Below are positions 10,578 to 20,242 of a DNA stretch of 64,000 nt, one piece after another. Source of the DNA: Syntrophaceae bacterium (GTDB lineage: Bacteria > Desulfobacterota > BSN033 > UBA1163); contig JACAEV010000230.1 in the NCBI GenBank assembly GCA_013388645.1, forward strand, positions 1,716 through 65,715, given 5' to 3'. How positions within the stretch are numbered: position 1 is the first letter of the stretch; the number at the start of each line of letters is the position of its first letter. The translations under genes and the position numbers were made by a program. A model generated the notes under the pieces. That model saw nothing but the letters and a program-made list of their open reading frames with translations, searched no databases and was not told the origin of the DNA.

Positions 10578-11168
10578 ATGGATCAAATAACCACGAATAT
10601 ACTGGTTGCAGGGGTTGGAGGGCAGGGGGTGATTTTAGCCAGCGACATCATGTCCGAAGTTTTTATGGAAGCAGGCTATGATGTGAAAAAAAGTGAAGTT
10701 CATGGTATGGCGATGAGGGGAGGGATTGTTACCTCTCATTTTCGTTTTGGTAAGAAGGTTTATTCTCCTCTGATTAAAGAAGGAGAGGTGGATATACTTT
10801 TTGCATTCGAACAACTGGAGGGGCTTCGGTGGATTAACCATTTGAAGGCCAATGGGAAGGTTCTGATGAATGACCATAAGATTAATCCTCCTGCGGTCAA
10901 TTTAGGAGAGATGGAATATCCCAAGGCCATTCCTGAAAAGATCCAATCCAAGTTTAAAGACTTCTATTTAGTGAAGGGGACGGAATTGGCGCTCCAGTTA
11001 GGGGACGCCCGGGCCGCCAATGTGGTGCTCTTGGGCGCGATCTCTAAATTTTTTGATGTAAACGAAGGCATTTGGCTCAAGACGATCCTGAATTATCTCC
11101 CTCCTAAGGTTCACGAACTGAATCGAAAGGCTTTTTCAATAGGGAGGGATCAGATTTTACAGGCGTAA
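10578..11168 (+). CDS. iorB: Indolepyruvate:ferredoxin oxidoreductase beta subunit
   Basis: ILVAGVGGQGV..AS pyruvate/ketoisovalerate oxidoreductase gamma-type fold, immediately downstream of iorA. Confidence 0.8.
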   Translation: MDQITTNILVAGVGGQGVILASDIMSEVFMEAGYDVKKSEVHGMAMRGGIVTSHFRFGKKVYSPLIKEGEVDILFAFEQLEGLRWINHLKANGKVLMNDHKINPPAVNLGEMEYPKAIPEKIQSKFKDFYLVKGTELALQLGDARAANVVLLGAISKFFDVNEGIWLKTILNYLPPKVHELNRKAFSIGRDQILQA

Positions 11169-11197
11169 TGGAATCATTTGAACGACTTTTTATGGAA

Positions 11198-11237
11198 GGG
11201 CGAACCGAATTTAAGAGGGGTTCGCCCTTTGTGTTTT
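11198..11237 (+). terminator. Rho-independent terminator after iorB
   Basis: GGGCGAACC ... GGTTCGCCC perfect 9-bp stem followed by TTTGTGTTTT. Confidence 0.6.
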
Positions 11238-11268
11238 CGGTCTTCCGGACGATGGGAAAGGTAGAGTA

Positions 11269-12132
11269 ATGGCCAAACTTTGTATTCGCCTTTTTTCACT
11301 AAAGCATACCTTGGAATGCGGTCAGTTTTTTCGATTTACCAAAGCCCTCGATACTTACATGGTTCAATCTTCTGACCGGATTTTTTCCGTCCACCAGAAA
11401 GGGGACTCTCTTTTCTACGAGGGCGTTGAAGAGACGTTCTTGATCCAATTTTTTAGATTGGATGAAAATTTAGATTTTATTTACAAAGAGATCGACCAAG
11501 ATCCGGTGATCCATCAGGCCATCAAAAAATATCAAGGGATGAGATTGATTCGGCAGGATCCTTGGGAATGTTTGCTTTCATTTCTATTTTCCTCTGCCAA
11601 AGCCATTTCTCATATCCGCTCTATGATCGAAGTCCTCTGTAGATCTACTGGGAAAAGGGTCATTTGGGGAAACTATCTGGGTTATGGTTTTCCAGAGCCC
11701 TGTCATATTGAGACTCCCCTTCAATTGCAATCGGTCAAGGCAGGGTTCAGAATAAATTATCTGATCGGAGTAAGCCGTTGTATGGACCGGGGTCAACTCC
11801 TTGCACTAAAAAAGTTACCCTATGGCGAGGCAAGGAAACAACTGATGAGCCTTTCCGGCGTAGGAAAAAAGGTGGCGGATTGCATGCTTCTCTATTCTTT
11901 GGATTTTCTTGAAGCCTTTCCCATGGACACATGGATTAAAAGAGGCTTGCAACAGTTTTATTTTAATGGGAACAAGGTTGGAGAAAAAGCGATGGAGGAG
12001 TTTGTATCCAAACAATTTGGGCCTTATGCCGGATATGCCCAACTCTATCTTTATCATTTCTGGCGACACCACCCCCTCCTGAGAAACAGACAAACTTCAA
12101 TTCCCAAAACCCAAGTGCCAAATAAATTCTAA
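11269..12132 (+). CDS. ogg: 8-oxoguanine DNA glycosylase / HhH-GPD base-excision repair enzyme
   Basis: HhH-GPD motif LMSLSGVGKKVADCMLLYSL with the catalytic Lys and Asp region (PMDTW). Length is Ogg-like. Confidence 0.7.
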   Translation: MAKLCIRLFSLKHTLECGQFFRFTKALDTYMVQSSDRIFSVHQKGDSLFYEGVEETFLIQFFRLDENLDFIYKEIDQDPVIHQAIKKYQGMRLIRQDPWECLLSFLFSSAKAISHIRSMIEVLCRSTGKRVIWGNYLGYGFPEPCHIETPLQLQSVKAGFRINYLIGVSRCMDRGQLLALKKLPYGEARKQLMSLSGVGKKVADCMLLYSLDFLEAFPMDTWIKRGLQQFYFNGNKVGEKAMEEFVSKQFGPYAGYAQLYLYHFWRHHPLLRNRQTSIPKTQVPNKF

Positions 12133-12263
12133 GCATCCATATTCCAATGAATAAGATACTCGCCGACTCATTCCCTCAAGAAACAAAAGAGATAGGGCAA
12201 TAATGATTTTGGACGTGGCGATTTCGATCATTATTGGGTGCTTGGAATTTGGCGGTTGCCAGA

Positions 12264-13595
12264 TTAGGCCTTCACGATTTTTTTCTTCCATTGGTTCATA
12301 TTTTTGGTGACATTTCGGGTGTCGATGACCAGGGGGGCGTGCTTTGCGACCCATGAATAGTCAATACAACTGTGGTCGGTGACCACCACGGCTGCATCGA
12401 CCTTCTGAAGTAATCTCTTTGTGAGAGGCGAGGATTTCAACTTAAAATAATATTTTCTAAAATGAGGAAGGGCAGGGATATAGGGATCATGATAGAGAAG
12501 GACCGCCCCCTTTTTTTGGAGGAGATCCATGATCGCCAGAGCAGGGGATTCTCTGGCATCGTCCACATCCTTTTTATAGGCCACTCCTAAGATCAAGACT
12601 TTTGCTCCCTTGATGCTTTTCCCTCTCCCATTGAGGGCATCTTGTATCTTGGCGACCACATAATAAGGAACATGAACGTTAATTTCCCCAGCTAAAAAGA
12701 TAAACCTTGTTGTGAAATCATATTCCCTGGCTTTCCAAGAAAGATAATAAGGGTCAATGGGGATACAATGACCTCCCAATCCAGGGCCTGGATAAAATGG
12801 TGAGAAACCAAACGGTTTGGTGCTGGCAGCTTCGATGACCTCCCAGATATCAATCCCCATTCGGTCCGCTAACATTTTTAATTCATTGACCAGGGCTATA
12901 TTTACACTGCGATAAATATTTTCAAGGAGCTTGGTTAATTCCGCCACTCGGGGGGAGGATACGGGAACCACCTTTTGAATGATGTGACCATAAAGAGTGG
13001 TAACCATTTTTTGGCAAGAGGACGTCACCCCTGCAACCACCTTGGGTATCTGTTGGGTCGTAAATCGTTTATTGCCGGGGTCCTCCCTTTCCGGAGAAAA
13101 GGCCAAAAAGAAATCTTTTCCAACTTTCAATCCAGTCGATTTTAATCTTGGAAGGATCATTTCTTCAGTCGTTCCAGGATATGTTGTACTTTCCAATACG
13201 ATGAGCTGACCTCGCCTGAGATGGTCTCGGATGGAATCAGTGGTTTTCTCTATATATTGGAGATCTGGTTCCATTTTTTCAGTCAAGGGAGTGGGTACGC
13301 AAATCAAGATACAGTCGGGTTCGCCGAGTTTGGAAAAATCGTCCGTCACATTTAAATGTCCATTTCGGACAAATTGAGAGATGCGTATGGAGGGAATGGA
13401 TTTTAAATAGCTCCTCCCTCTCTCCAGAGCAGTCACTTTTTTAGAGTCTACATCGAATCCCAAGATTCGAAAACCTTCTTCACAGAACCTGAGAACAAGG
13501 GGAAGGCCGACATATCCTAATCCAATGATTCCAATGAGGGCCTCCTTCTTAACGATCTTTTGGATCAATTGATTTGCTATCTTTAAATGCTCCAT
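12264..13595 (-). CDS. UDP-sugar (UDP-N-acetyl-D-mannosamine/glucosamine) 6-dehydrogenase family protein
   Basis: Rossmann motif IGIIGLGYVGLP and catalytic Cys region (GGHCIPID). Track start 13628 is TTG; ATG at 13595 has GGGGAG 6 nt upstream. Confidence 0.8.
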   Translation of the reverse strand: MEHLKIANQLIQKIVKKEALIGIIGLGYVGLPLVLRFCEEGFRILGFDVDSKKVTALERGRSYLKSIPSIRISQFVRNGHLNVTDDFSKLGEPDCILICVPTPLTEKMEPDLQYIEKTTDSIRDHLRRGQLIVLESTTYPGTTEEMILPRLKSTGLKVGKDFFLAFSPEREDPGNKRFTTQQIPKVVAGVTSSCQKMVTTLYGHIIQKVVPVSSPRVAELTKLLENIYRSVNIALVNELKMLADRMGIDIWEVIEAASTKPFGFSPFYPGPGLGGHCIPIDPYYLSWKAREYDFTTRFIFLAGEINVHVPYYVVAKIQDALNGRGKSIKGAKVLILGVAYKKDVDDARESPALAIMDLLQKKGAVLLYHDPYIPALPHFRKYYFKLKSSPLTKRLLQKVDAAVVVTDHSCIDYSWVAKHAPLVIDTRNVTKNMNQWKKKIVKA

Positions 13596-13710
13596 GCCAT
13601 GCTCCCCAATATTTGAAAGAGGGTTCAAGGATTCAAGGGTTATGGATACGAGTTTTTTAAAAACCTTTCATTGGGTCACTCGTGTGTTTTGTTAAGGGTC
13701 CCTTTACTTT

Positions 13711-13776
13711 GATTCCCATTCCGGGCTTGACCCGGAATCCAGTATCTTCGATCTGGATTCCCCCTTTCGCTGGGAT
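13711..13776. repeat. Hairpin-containing intergenic motif, copy A (between degT stop and dehydrogenase start)
   Basis: ATTCC-[GGGCttgaCCCG]-GAATCCAGT..CTGGATTCC..CTTTCGC is homologous to the copy at 15066-15130. It contains two adjacent perfect hairpins. Confidence 0.5.
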
Positions 13777-13836
13777 CATTTCTTCAGAACTTATGGTAAG
13801 AAGTGTTGAGCACACTGCAATAGAACTATAGACTTC

Positions 13837-14997
13837 TTAGTCTCTCATTCCTCTTTTTTTATAAAAAGCTCTCATTCGATCAACCACCACCATTTGTTGT
13901 TCTTCTTTAAGCTCAGGATAAATGGGCAGGGCCAATACCTCTTCGGAAGCTTTCTCAGAAACGGGGAGATCTCCTCGTTGGTATTTTAAGAAGGAAAAAC
14001 ATTCCTGTAGGTGCAAGGGAAGAGGATAATAGATGTCTGTCCCAATTCCCTCCTCAGCGAGAAATTTTTTTAATCGATCTCGTTGTGGAGTTCGAATGAC
14101 ATATTGGTGAAAGATATGGCGGTTTTGATATTGAGTCATCGGGAGGGTTAGACCTTCGATCATCGGTAAATGTTCTTTGAACAACCGATCATAACGCTCG
14201 GCTTTCTTTTGTCTCTCTTGGGTCCATGTTTCGAGATATTTGAATTTCACTAACAGGATTGCGGCTTGCATCGTATCAAGTCGGCTATTAATCCCAATCC
14301 GTTTGTGGAAGTATTTGGGCTGACTTCCATGAATCCTCAGCAAGCGAACTCTCTCTGCCAAAACAGGATCGTCCGTCACCACCATCCCTGCATCTCCAAA
14401 GGCTCCCAAATTTTTTGTAGGATAAAACGAGAAACAACCAAAGTTGCCCATCTGTCCCGCCCGTCGTTCCTTCGAGTCAGCCTTGGGTTGATACTGCGCC
14501 CCCAATGACTGGGCCGCATCTTCGATGACGAAAAGCTTTTTGGTCTTAGCGATTTGAAGCAGAGGGTCCATATCGGCACATTGGCCGAAGAGATGAACTG
14601 GGATGATGGCTTTTGTTCGGGATGTGATTTTTTCTTCAATTTTAGTTGGGTCAATGTTGTAAGTGTCTGGATCGATATCCACAAAAACGGGGATCGCCCC
14701 AAGACGAGAGACGGACCCTGCCGTGGCGAAGAAAGTAAAAGGAGGGAGGAGGACTTCATCTCCACTCTCAATATCTAAAGCCATTAAGGATAACAGAAGT
14801 GCATCCGAACCCGAAGCCACCCCAATGGCATATTGACTCCGACAATATTGGGCGATCTTTTCCTCCAAGGCCTGGACTTGAGCACCCAAAATGAATTGTT
14901 GAGTTTTGAACACTTCATCTAAAGCCGATTTGATCTCGCCTTCGATGAGTTTAAACTGAGTGGTTAAATCAAAAAAAGGAACCTTCAAAGGGGTCAA
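13837..14997 (-). CDS. DegT/DnrJ/EryC1/StrS family PLP-dependent sugar aminotransferase
   Basis: N-terminus VPFFDL..QF, a PLP-lysine region, and family-wide similarity. TTG start at 14997 is preceded by a perfect AAGGAGG RBS. Confidence 0.8.
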   Translation of the reverse strand: MTPLKVPFFDLTTQFKLIEGEIKSALDEVFKTQQFILGAQVQALEEKIAQYCRSQYAIGVASGSDALLLSLMALDIESGDEVLLPPFTFFATAGSVSRLGAIPVFVDIDPDTYNIDPTKIEEKITSRTKAIIPVHLFGQCADMDPLLQIAKTKKLFVIEDAAQSLGAQYQPKADSKERRAGQMGNFGCFSFYPTKNLGAFGDAGMVVTDDPVLAERVRLLRIHGSQPKYFHKRIGINSRLDTMQAAILLVKFKYLETWTQERQKKAERYDRLFKEHLPMIEGLTLPMTQYQNRHIFHQYVIRTPQRDRLKKFLAEEGIGTDIYYPLPLHLQECFSFLKYQRGDLPVSEKASEEVLALPIYPELKEEQQMVVVDRMRAFYKKRGMRD

Positions 14998-15065
14998 CGT
15001 TCTCCTCCTTGAACTGAAATCTACGTAAGATGAACTCGTGAAAAGTCCGATTCAGCTCATTATTG

Positions 15066-15130
15066 TCATTCCCGTGAAAACGGGAATCCAGTGAATTCAA
15101 ATACTTCTGGACTCCTGCTTTCGCAGGAGT
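15066..15130. repeat. Hairpin-containing intergenic motif, copy B (upstream of degT, divergent from trmJ)
   Basis: GTCATTCC-[CGtgaaaaCG]-GGAATCCAGT...CTGGACTCC-TGCTTTCGCAGGAGT, in the same orientation as copy A. Confidence 0.5.
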
Positions 15131-15229
15131 GACGGGTGGGAAGACTTTTTACGAGACCCTCACGTAAGGCTTTAATTAAGATAAAAAAAAATGATAGTCA
15201 AGGTATTTTTTCATCGGTATAATAAGGCC

Positions 15230-15964
15230 ATGAAGAGGAAGATCCACCTCCATTCCATTTCGATTATCCTGGTCCGACCCAAATTTCATGAAAATATTGG
15301 TTCAGTCGCCCGAGCGATGAAGAATATGGGATTCCATCGATTGGTCCTGATCAATGGGTGTTCTCCCCTACATCCCAATGCTTATCAATTAGCCTCGGGA
15401 GCGGAAGACATTTTAGAAAGGGCAGAGGAGTTCCCAACTCTGAGTGATGCGATCTCTGAAATGGGATGTGTTGTCGGTATGACTTCACGAGGAGGAAAGG
15501 GAAGAAATCCATCGCTTTCACCTGCCTCCTTAGCCAAAAAACTGATTCCCATTTCTTTTGAGAATTCCATTGGCCTCGTCTTTGGTTCAGAGAGAGAAGG
15601 GCTGACCAACGATGAATTGTCGCTTTGCCACCTTTGTGTCAAGATCCCGACCACCCCCTCTTTTCCTTCACTCAATCTCGCACAGGCCGTGATGGTCGTT
15701 TGTTATGAATTATATAAATCGTCGGCAGAAATCTTGAAACCAACCCTTCCATTAGCTCGAGTCGAGCAAATAGAAAAAATGTTTGAGCATATGGAGGAAA
15801 CGCTCCTCCGCATTGGATTTCTGGATGTCAACCATCCCAAGAGAATCATGCGAGGGCTCAGGCGTCTATTGGGAAGGAGCCAAATGGATGAGAGAGAAGT
15901 CCGAATTCTCCACGGGATTTGGAGCCAAATGGATCGGATAGTAGAAAGGAAGAAAGTCTCTTAG
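15230..15964 (+). CDS. trmJ: tRNA (cytidine/uridine-2'-O)-methyltransferase, SpoU/TrmJ-like
   Basis: ISIILVRPKFHENIGSVARAMKNMG is the classic SPOUT N-terminus. Start is placed at MKRK (15230), which matches TrmJ family starts. TATAAT at 15218-15223 suggests a short or leaderless 5' end. Confidence 0.65.
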   Translation: MKRKIHLHSISIILVRPKFHENIGSVARAMKNMGFHRLVLINGCSPLHPNAYQLASGAEDILERAEEFPTLSDAISEMGCVVGMTSRGGKGRNPSLSPASLAKKLIPISFENSIGLVFGSEREGLTNDELSLCHLCVKIPTTPSFPSLNLAQAVMVVCYELYKSSAEILKPTLPLARVEQIEKMFEHMEETLLRIGFLDVNHPKRIMRGLRRLLGRSQMDEREVRILHGIWSQMDRIVERKKVS

Positions 15965-16026
15965 CCTAATAGTCCTATAGTTTTTCACTACAGGACTATT
16001 AGACCCAAAAACGATGAGAGGAATCG

Positions 16027-16785
16027 CTATTTCTTTTCAAGAAAGGGCTTCAGCAGGTCGATTGGCACAGGAAAGATGGTTGTAGAATTTTTCTCGGTCG
16101 CCACCTCAGTTAAGGTTTGGAGAAACCTGAGCTGAAGGGCAGCAGGATTCACACTGATGACATTGGCGGCCTGGGCGAGCTTTTCAGCAGCCTGGAATTC
16201 TCCATCCGCATGAATCACTTTTGCCCTTCTCTCCCTCTCCGCCTCAGCCTGTCGGGCAATGGCCCGTCGCATCTCTTCAGGCAGGTCCACTTGTTTGGTT
16301 TCGACGAGAGATACTTTTATCCCCCAAGGCTCTGTGTGTTTATCCAGAATATCTTGCAGTGTGATGTTAATCTTTTCCCTCTGAGAAAGCAATTCGTCCA
16401 GTTCCGCCTGGCCCACGACACTTCGGAGTGTGGTTTGCGCCAGCTGGGATGTCGCATAGAGGTAATTCTCTACTTCGACGACAGCTTTGTTAGGATCCAT
16501 GACACGAAAATAGACCACCGCATTCACTTTGATGGAGACATTATCACGGGTGATCACATCCTGGGGAGGGATATCCATCGTGACCGTTCTCAAACTGATC
16601 CTGAGCAACTTATCCACCCCGGGGATGATAAAAATGAGTCCTGGTCCTTTTGCCCCGATCAGTCTTCCAAGACGGAAGATGACCCCTCGTTCGTATTCCC
16701 TGAGAATCTTGATGGCCGATGCGGCAAGGATGACTAAAAATATGATTAAAAAAAACAAACCTGACGGAAGACCGGTCATACCCAT
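16027..16785 (-). CDS. SPFH/band-7 (stomatin-like) membrane protein
   Basis: N-terminal TM, SPFH core and C-terminal coiled coil ([18 protein letters not shown]). AAGGAGGG RBS. Confidence 0.8.
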   Translation of the reverse strand: MGMTGLPSGLFFLIIFLVILAASAIKILREYERGVIFRLGRLIGAKGPGLIFIIPGVDKLLRISLRTVTMDIPPQDVITRDNVSIKVNAVVYFRVMDPNKAVVEVENYLYATSQLAQTTLRSVVGQAELDELLSQREKINITLQDILDKHTEPWGIKVSLVETKQVDLPEEMRRAIARQAEAERERRAKVIHADGEFQAAEKLAQAANVISVNPAALQLRFLQTLTEVATEKNSTTIFPVPIDLLKPFLEKK

Positions 16786-16797
16786 ATCATACCCTCC

Positions 16798-18102
16798 TTA
16801 ATCGATTTTTTTTACTTTCAGTTTTAGATTTTCTACTCCAGTCACCTGAACCTTTTCCCCCATTTCGATCGGTTGATCGCTCATGACATTCCAAAACTCT
16901 CCGTGGATGGAAACTTTTCCTTCTGGACGAATCGGTGTGGAAGCGATCCCGATTTCCCCTAACAAACCTTCCATCCCCGTAGTCGGTTTTTTCATCCGGG
17001 CATGGATGGCCTTGGTCACCGCAAAAATAAAAAACGCTGCACTCACGAGGACAGCAGGGATGACCACACTTAATGAGACCCTCATGTATTCCACCGGACT
17101 CTGGAATAACATCATGGAACCCAAGAAAAGAGAGATAACTCCTCCTACAGCTAAGAGACCGTGACTCACCACTTTGATTTCGGCGATAAAAAGGATGATG
17201 GCAAAAAGAATCAGTGCTAAGCCGGCGTAATTGACCGGAAGCATTTGAAGTGCATAAAAGGCTAAGATGAGAAAAATTCCACCCACCACTCCAGGAAGAA
17301 TTGCTCCTGGGCTGGAAAGCTCAAAAAAAATGCCATAAATCCCCAACATGAGAAGGATATAAGCGATCGTAGGGTTAGAGATAATATCCAGAAGCCGGTC
17401 ACGCCAGCTCATTTGAATGGGCTTGGATTGAACCCCTTTGGTTTGAAGGGTCCGGGTGATCCCATCGAATTTGACCACTTTCCCATCAAGTTTGGTGAGA
17501 AGGGTTGGAAGATCGGGGCAAATAAAATCAATGACATTCAGTTTAACTGCCTCTTCTTCGGTGATGGAAACGCTTTTCACAACCGCCTTTTCAGCCCACT
17601 CTACATTTCTTCCTCGATTTTTGGCAATGGTTTTAATATAAGAGACCGTATCATTCACGATTTTTTCCGTCATTGTTTTACTTTCTTTTCCTTCACCTCC
17701 CCCTAAGGTGACAGGATGGGCAGCACCGATATGGGTACCAGGGGCCATGACAGCGATGTGGGCCGCCATGGTGACGAACACGCCGGCAGAGGCCGCTCTT
17801 GCCCCACTGGGAGCAACATAAACAATGATGGGAATGGTAGAGGCGAGCTCTTTCTTGACGATCAGTCTCATAGACTCCATCAATCCCCCAGGAGTATCGA
17901 GCTGAATAATCAGGCATTGGGCCCCTTGTTGGGTGGCCTGATCAATGGAGTCGATGATAAATTTTGCTGTGGCAGGATTGATGATTCCCTCGACTTCGAT
18001 GGTATAAATGGGTGGCTTATCCTGACCGAGAAGGGAAAGGGAGGGGATAAAGGTAAATTGGGATAGAATGAAAAGGATGATTAGAATATTCTTTATTTTC
18101 AA
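16798..18102 (-). CDS. NfeD-family membrane-bound ClpP-class serine protease
   Basis: Signal peptide, ClpP-like protease domain (GAR.AASAGVF...GAAHPV), a multi-TM segment and a C-terminal OB-fold. The gene lies upstream of its usual SPFH partner. TTG start with AAGGAG RBS. Confidence 0.75.
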   Translation of the reverse strand: MKIKNILIILFILSQFTFIPSLSLLGQDKPPIYTIEVEGIINPATAKFIIDSIDQATQQGAQCLIIQLDTPGGLMESMRLIVKKELASTIPIIVYVAPSGARAASAGVFVTMAAHIAVMAPGTHIGAAHPVTLGGGEGKESKTMTEKIVNDTVSYIKTIAKNRGRNVEWAEKAVVKSVSITEEEAVKLNVIDFICPDLPTLLTKLDGKVVKFDGITRTLQTKGVQSKPIQMSWRDRLLDIISNPTIAYILLMLGIYGIFFELSSPGAILPGVVGGIFLILAFYALQMLPVNYAGLALILFAIILFIAEIKVVSHGLLAVGGVISLFLGSMMLFQSPVEYMRVSLSVVIPAVLVSAAFFIFAVTKAIHARMKKPTTGMEGLLGEIGIASTPIRPEGKVSIHGEFWNVMSDQPIEMGEKVQVTGVENLKLKVKKID

Positions 18103-18146
18103 GCTGTTTACTCCTTCTAATAAAATATCTTAAAAGAAGGTAAATG

Positions 18147-18995
18147 TCAAATCTTAATCCTCATCAGATCTTCTCCGACCACAATTTCCCCCTGATAGAT
18201 TTGTCCGCACTGATTCAGGATATCAAAGTGGTCACAGATTGGATAGAAATGGGTAAGCAACAATTTTTTACAATGGGATTCCATTGCAATTCTTCCTGCA
18301 AGGGATGGGGTAAGATGGCCTTCCACTTTTTTGCTGTCAGGGAAGGAGGATTCTAAAACCAATAGGTCAACTTCAAAACCGAGATCAATGATATTTTGAC
18401 AATAATCCGTATCCCCTGAAATGGCAATCGATTTGCCATCCATCCATTCAATTCGATAGCCAACGCTTCCAGAAATATGCGCCATGGGTTTTGATTGAAT
18501 TTTGAGGTGTCGATAGAAAAAGGTTTCTTTAGAAACCTCTTGGACTTTCAGATGATAAGACTGGGGTTCAATCCATGGGCCATAAAGTTTTTTCAAAGCT
18601 TCGAAAAAAGATTTGAATCCAGTCCCTCCCATACATAAAAGGTCTTTTTCTCGGGGGAAATCTCCATATTTACAAGCAAAGAGAATCGGAACGAGGTCTG
18701 CGGTATGGTCCGGGTGAAGATGCGTAAAAAGGATGAGATCCGGATCACGGAAAGTGAACCCCACTTCGAGGATCTTTCTCAGCGTTCCAGGGCCAATATC
18801 AATCAATAGGAGGGTGCTATCTGAGACGATGAGAATTCCAGGCGAACCCCTTCTCAAAGAGGGAATGCCTGTTCCAGACCCGAGGAGTATGAGCTCAGCC
18901 AAATTTATTCGCCTTATCCAAATCTTTTTAGATGAGAGGACTGTAGTAAATTTTAACTTCTTTTCAATTTTCTTGCCATGAATATGATTTGACAT
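18147..18995 (-). CDS. MBL-fold metallo-hydrolase
   Basis: Metal-binding HLHPDH motif and LLLIDIGPG. The N-terminal ~35 aa may be over-extended. Confidence 0.6.
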   Translation of the reverse strand: MSNHIHGKKIEKKLKFTTVLSSKKIWIRRINLAELILLGSGTGIPSLRRGSPGILIVSDSTLLLIDIGPGTLRKILEVGFTFRDPDLILFTHLHPDHTADLVPILFACKYGDFPREKDLLCMGGTGFKSFFEALKKLYGPWIEPQSYHLKVQEVSKETFFYRHLKIQSKPMAHISGSVGYRIEWMDGKSIAISGDTDYCQNIIDLGFEVDLLVLESSFPDSKKVEGHLTPSLAGRIAMESHCKKLLLTHFYPICDHFDILNQCGQIYQGEIVVGEDLMRIKI

Positions 18996-19024
18996 TCAAG
19001 TTCCTTTTTAATAGCCTATGAGAA

Positions 19025-20080
19025 ATGGCTGTTCTGGAAGATAACTTAGTCGAATTGGATGGGTCTTATGGGGAAGGAGGAGGGCAAATTCTAAGGACGG
19101 CATTGAGCCTCTCAGCCATTCTTAGGAACCCTTTTACGATCTCCCATCTTCGATCGAAGCGAAAAAATCCGGGCCTCCAAGCACAACATTTGGAAGCTGT
19201 CAAGGCAATGGCTCAGATGACCAATGCCCAAACAGAAGGGGTTGAGTTTGGATCACAGAGAGTTTCTTTCTTTCCCCAAAAAATTCTTCCTGGAAATTAC
19301 CAATTCGAAGTCAAAACCGCCGGTTCAACCCTTCTTCTTTTTCAGGCAATGTTTCTTCCACTCCTCATGGCGAAGTCGCTCTCCCATATTACCCTAATCG
19401 GTGGCACCCATGTTCCATGGAGTCCGCCCTTTCATTATTTCTCGGAGGTGTTATTACCTCACCTTGAACTGATGGGGATTTCTATCGAGCCCGACATAAA
19501 AAAATGGGGTTTCTATCCGAGGGGGGGTGGAAAGATTCAGTTTCGCATTCATCCTATTGATGCATTGAAGCCGATCCATTTGACAGAACGAGGGGCATGT
19601 AAAAGGATTCGGGGGCTATCCGTTATCTCTCATCTTCCAAAGCATGTCGCAGAGAGACAGAGAGATCAAGCCATGAAGAGGATTCGAAAAGAACTAAAAA
19701 TGGAATCTGAGATCCATCTCCTTTATGATGTCCCTTCGAATGGCCCCGGTTCTTTTCTGTTTTTATTGGCTGAATATGAAAAGACGGTTGCGGGGTTCTC
19801 ATCATTGGGCCAGAAGGGAAAACCTGCTGAGAAAGTTTCAGATGAAACAGTAGATGCATTAAAAGAGTATATGGAAGGGGAGGGTTGTATTGATCCTCAC
19901 CTGGCAGACCAACTTGTACTATTCATGGCATTCGCCAAGGGAAATTCTTCGTTGACTACGACCAGAATGACCCAACATCTTCTCACCAACCTATGGGTTA
20001 TTAACCATTTTATGCCGGTTAGGATCGAGCAACAGGGAGAATTAGAAAAACCCGGAAGAATTAAATTTATCAATGAATAG
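19025..20080 (+). CDS. rtcA: RNA 3'-terminal phosphate cyclase
   Basis: LDGSYGEGGGQILRTALSLSAI is the RtcA signature N-terminus. 351 aa. Confidence 0.85.
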   Translation: MAVLEDNLVELDGSYGEGGGQILRTALSLSAILRNPFTISHLRSKRKNPGLQAQHLEAVKAMAQMTNAQTEGVEFGSQRVSFFPQKILPGNYQFEVKTAGSTLLLFQAMFLPLLMAKSLSHITLIGGTHVPWSPPFHYFSEVLLPHLELMGISIEPDIKKWGFYPRGGGKIQFRIHPIDALKPIHLTERGACKRIRGLSVISHLPKHVAERQRDQAMKRIRKELKMESEIHLLYDVPSNGPGSFLFLLAEYEKTVAGFSSLGQKGKPAEKVSDETVDALKEYMEGEGCIDPHLADQLVLFMAFAKGNSSLTTTRMTQHLLTNLWVINHFMPVRIEQQGELEKPGRIKFINE

Positions 20081-20242
20081 AAATACTTGACTTGATCCTA
20101 ACTTCATATTAAGATATTCGAAAAGGAGGAATAAATTAATAAAGTTTACGGAAACCTATTCGGCCTAAAACCGAATCAAATCAGAAGAATTGAGCGTATT
20201 TATCGAAGGAAAATCCCTCCTCAAAAGGTTGTCACGCCTGAA

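Noticed and set aside
12097-12354. 85-aa minus-strand ORF overlapping the ogg 3' end and dehydrogenase 3' end
   Set aside because: It spans the convergent junction of two confident genes and has no start context, so it is spurious.
15966-16000. Inverted repeat CTAATAGTCCT...AGGACTATTAG between convergent trmJ and SPFH genes as a bidirectional terminator
   Set aside because: There is no U-tract following the stem on either strand. It is kept only as an unexplained palindrome.
16117-16737. 206-aa plus-strand ORF
   Set aside because: It lies entirely antisense within the well-supported SPFH/band-7 gene. It has low-complexity composition, no start or RBS context and no recognisable domain, so it is a shadow ORF.
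17716-18066. 116-aa Gly/His/Arg-rich plus-strand ORF
   Set aside because: It is antisense to the NfeD protease gene and is a compositional artefact.
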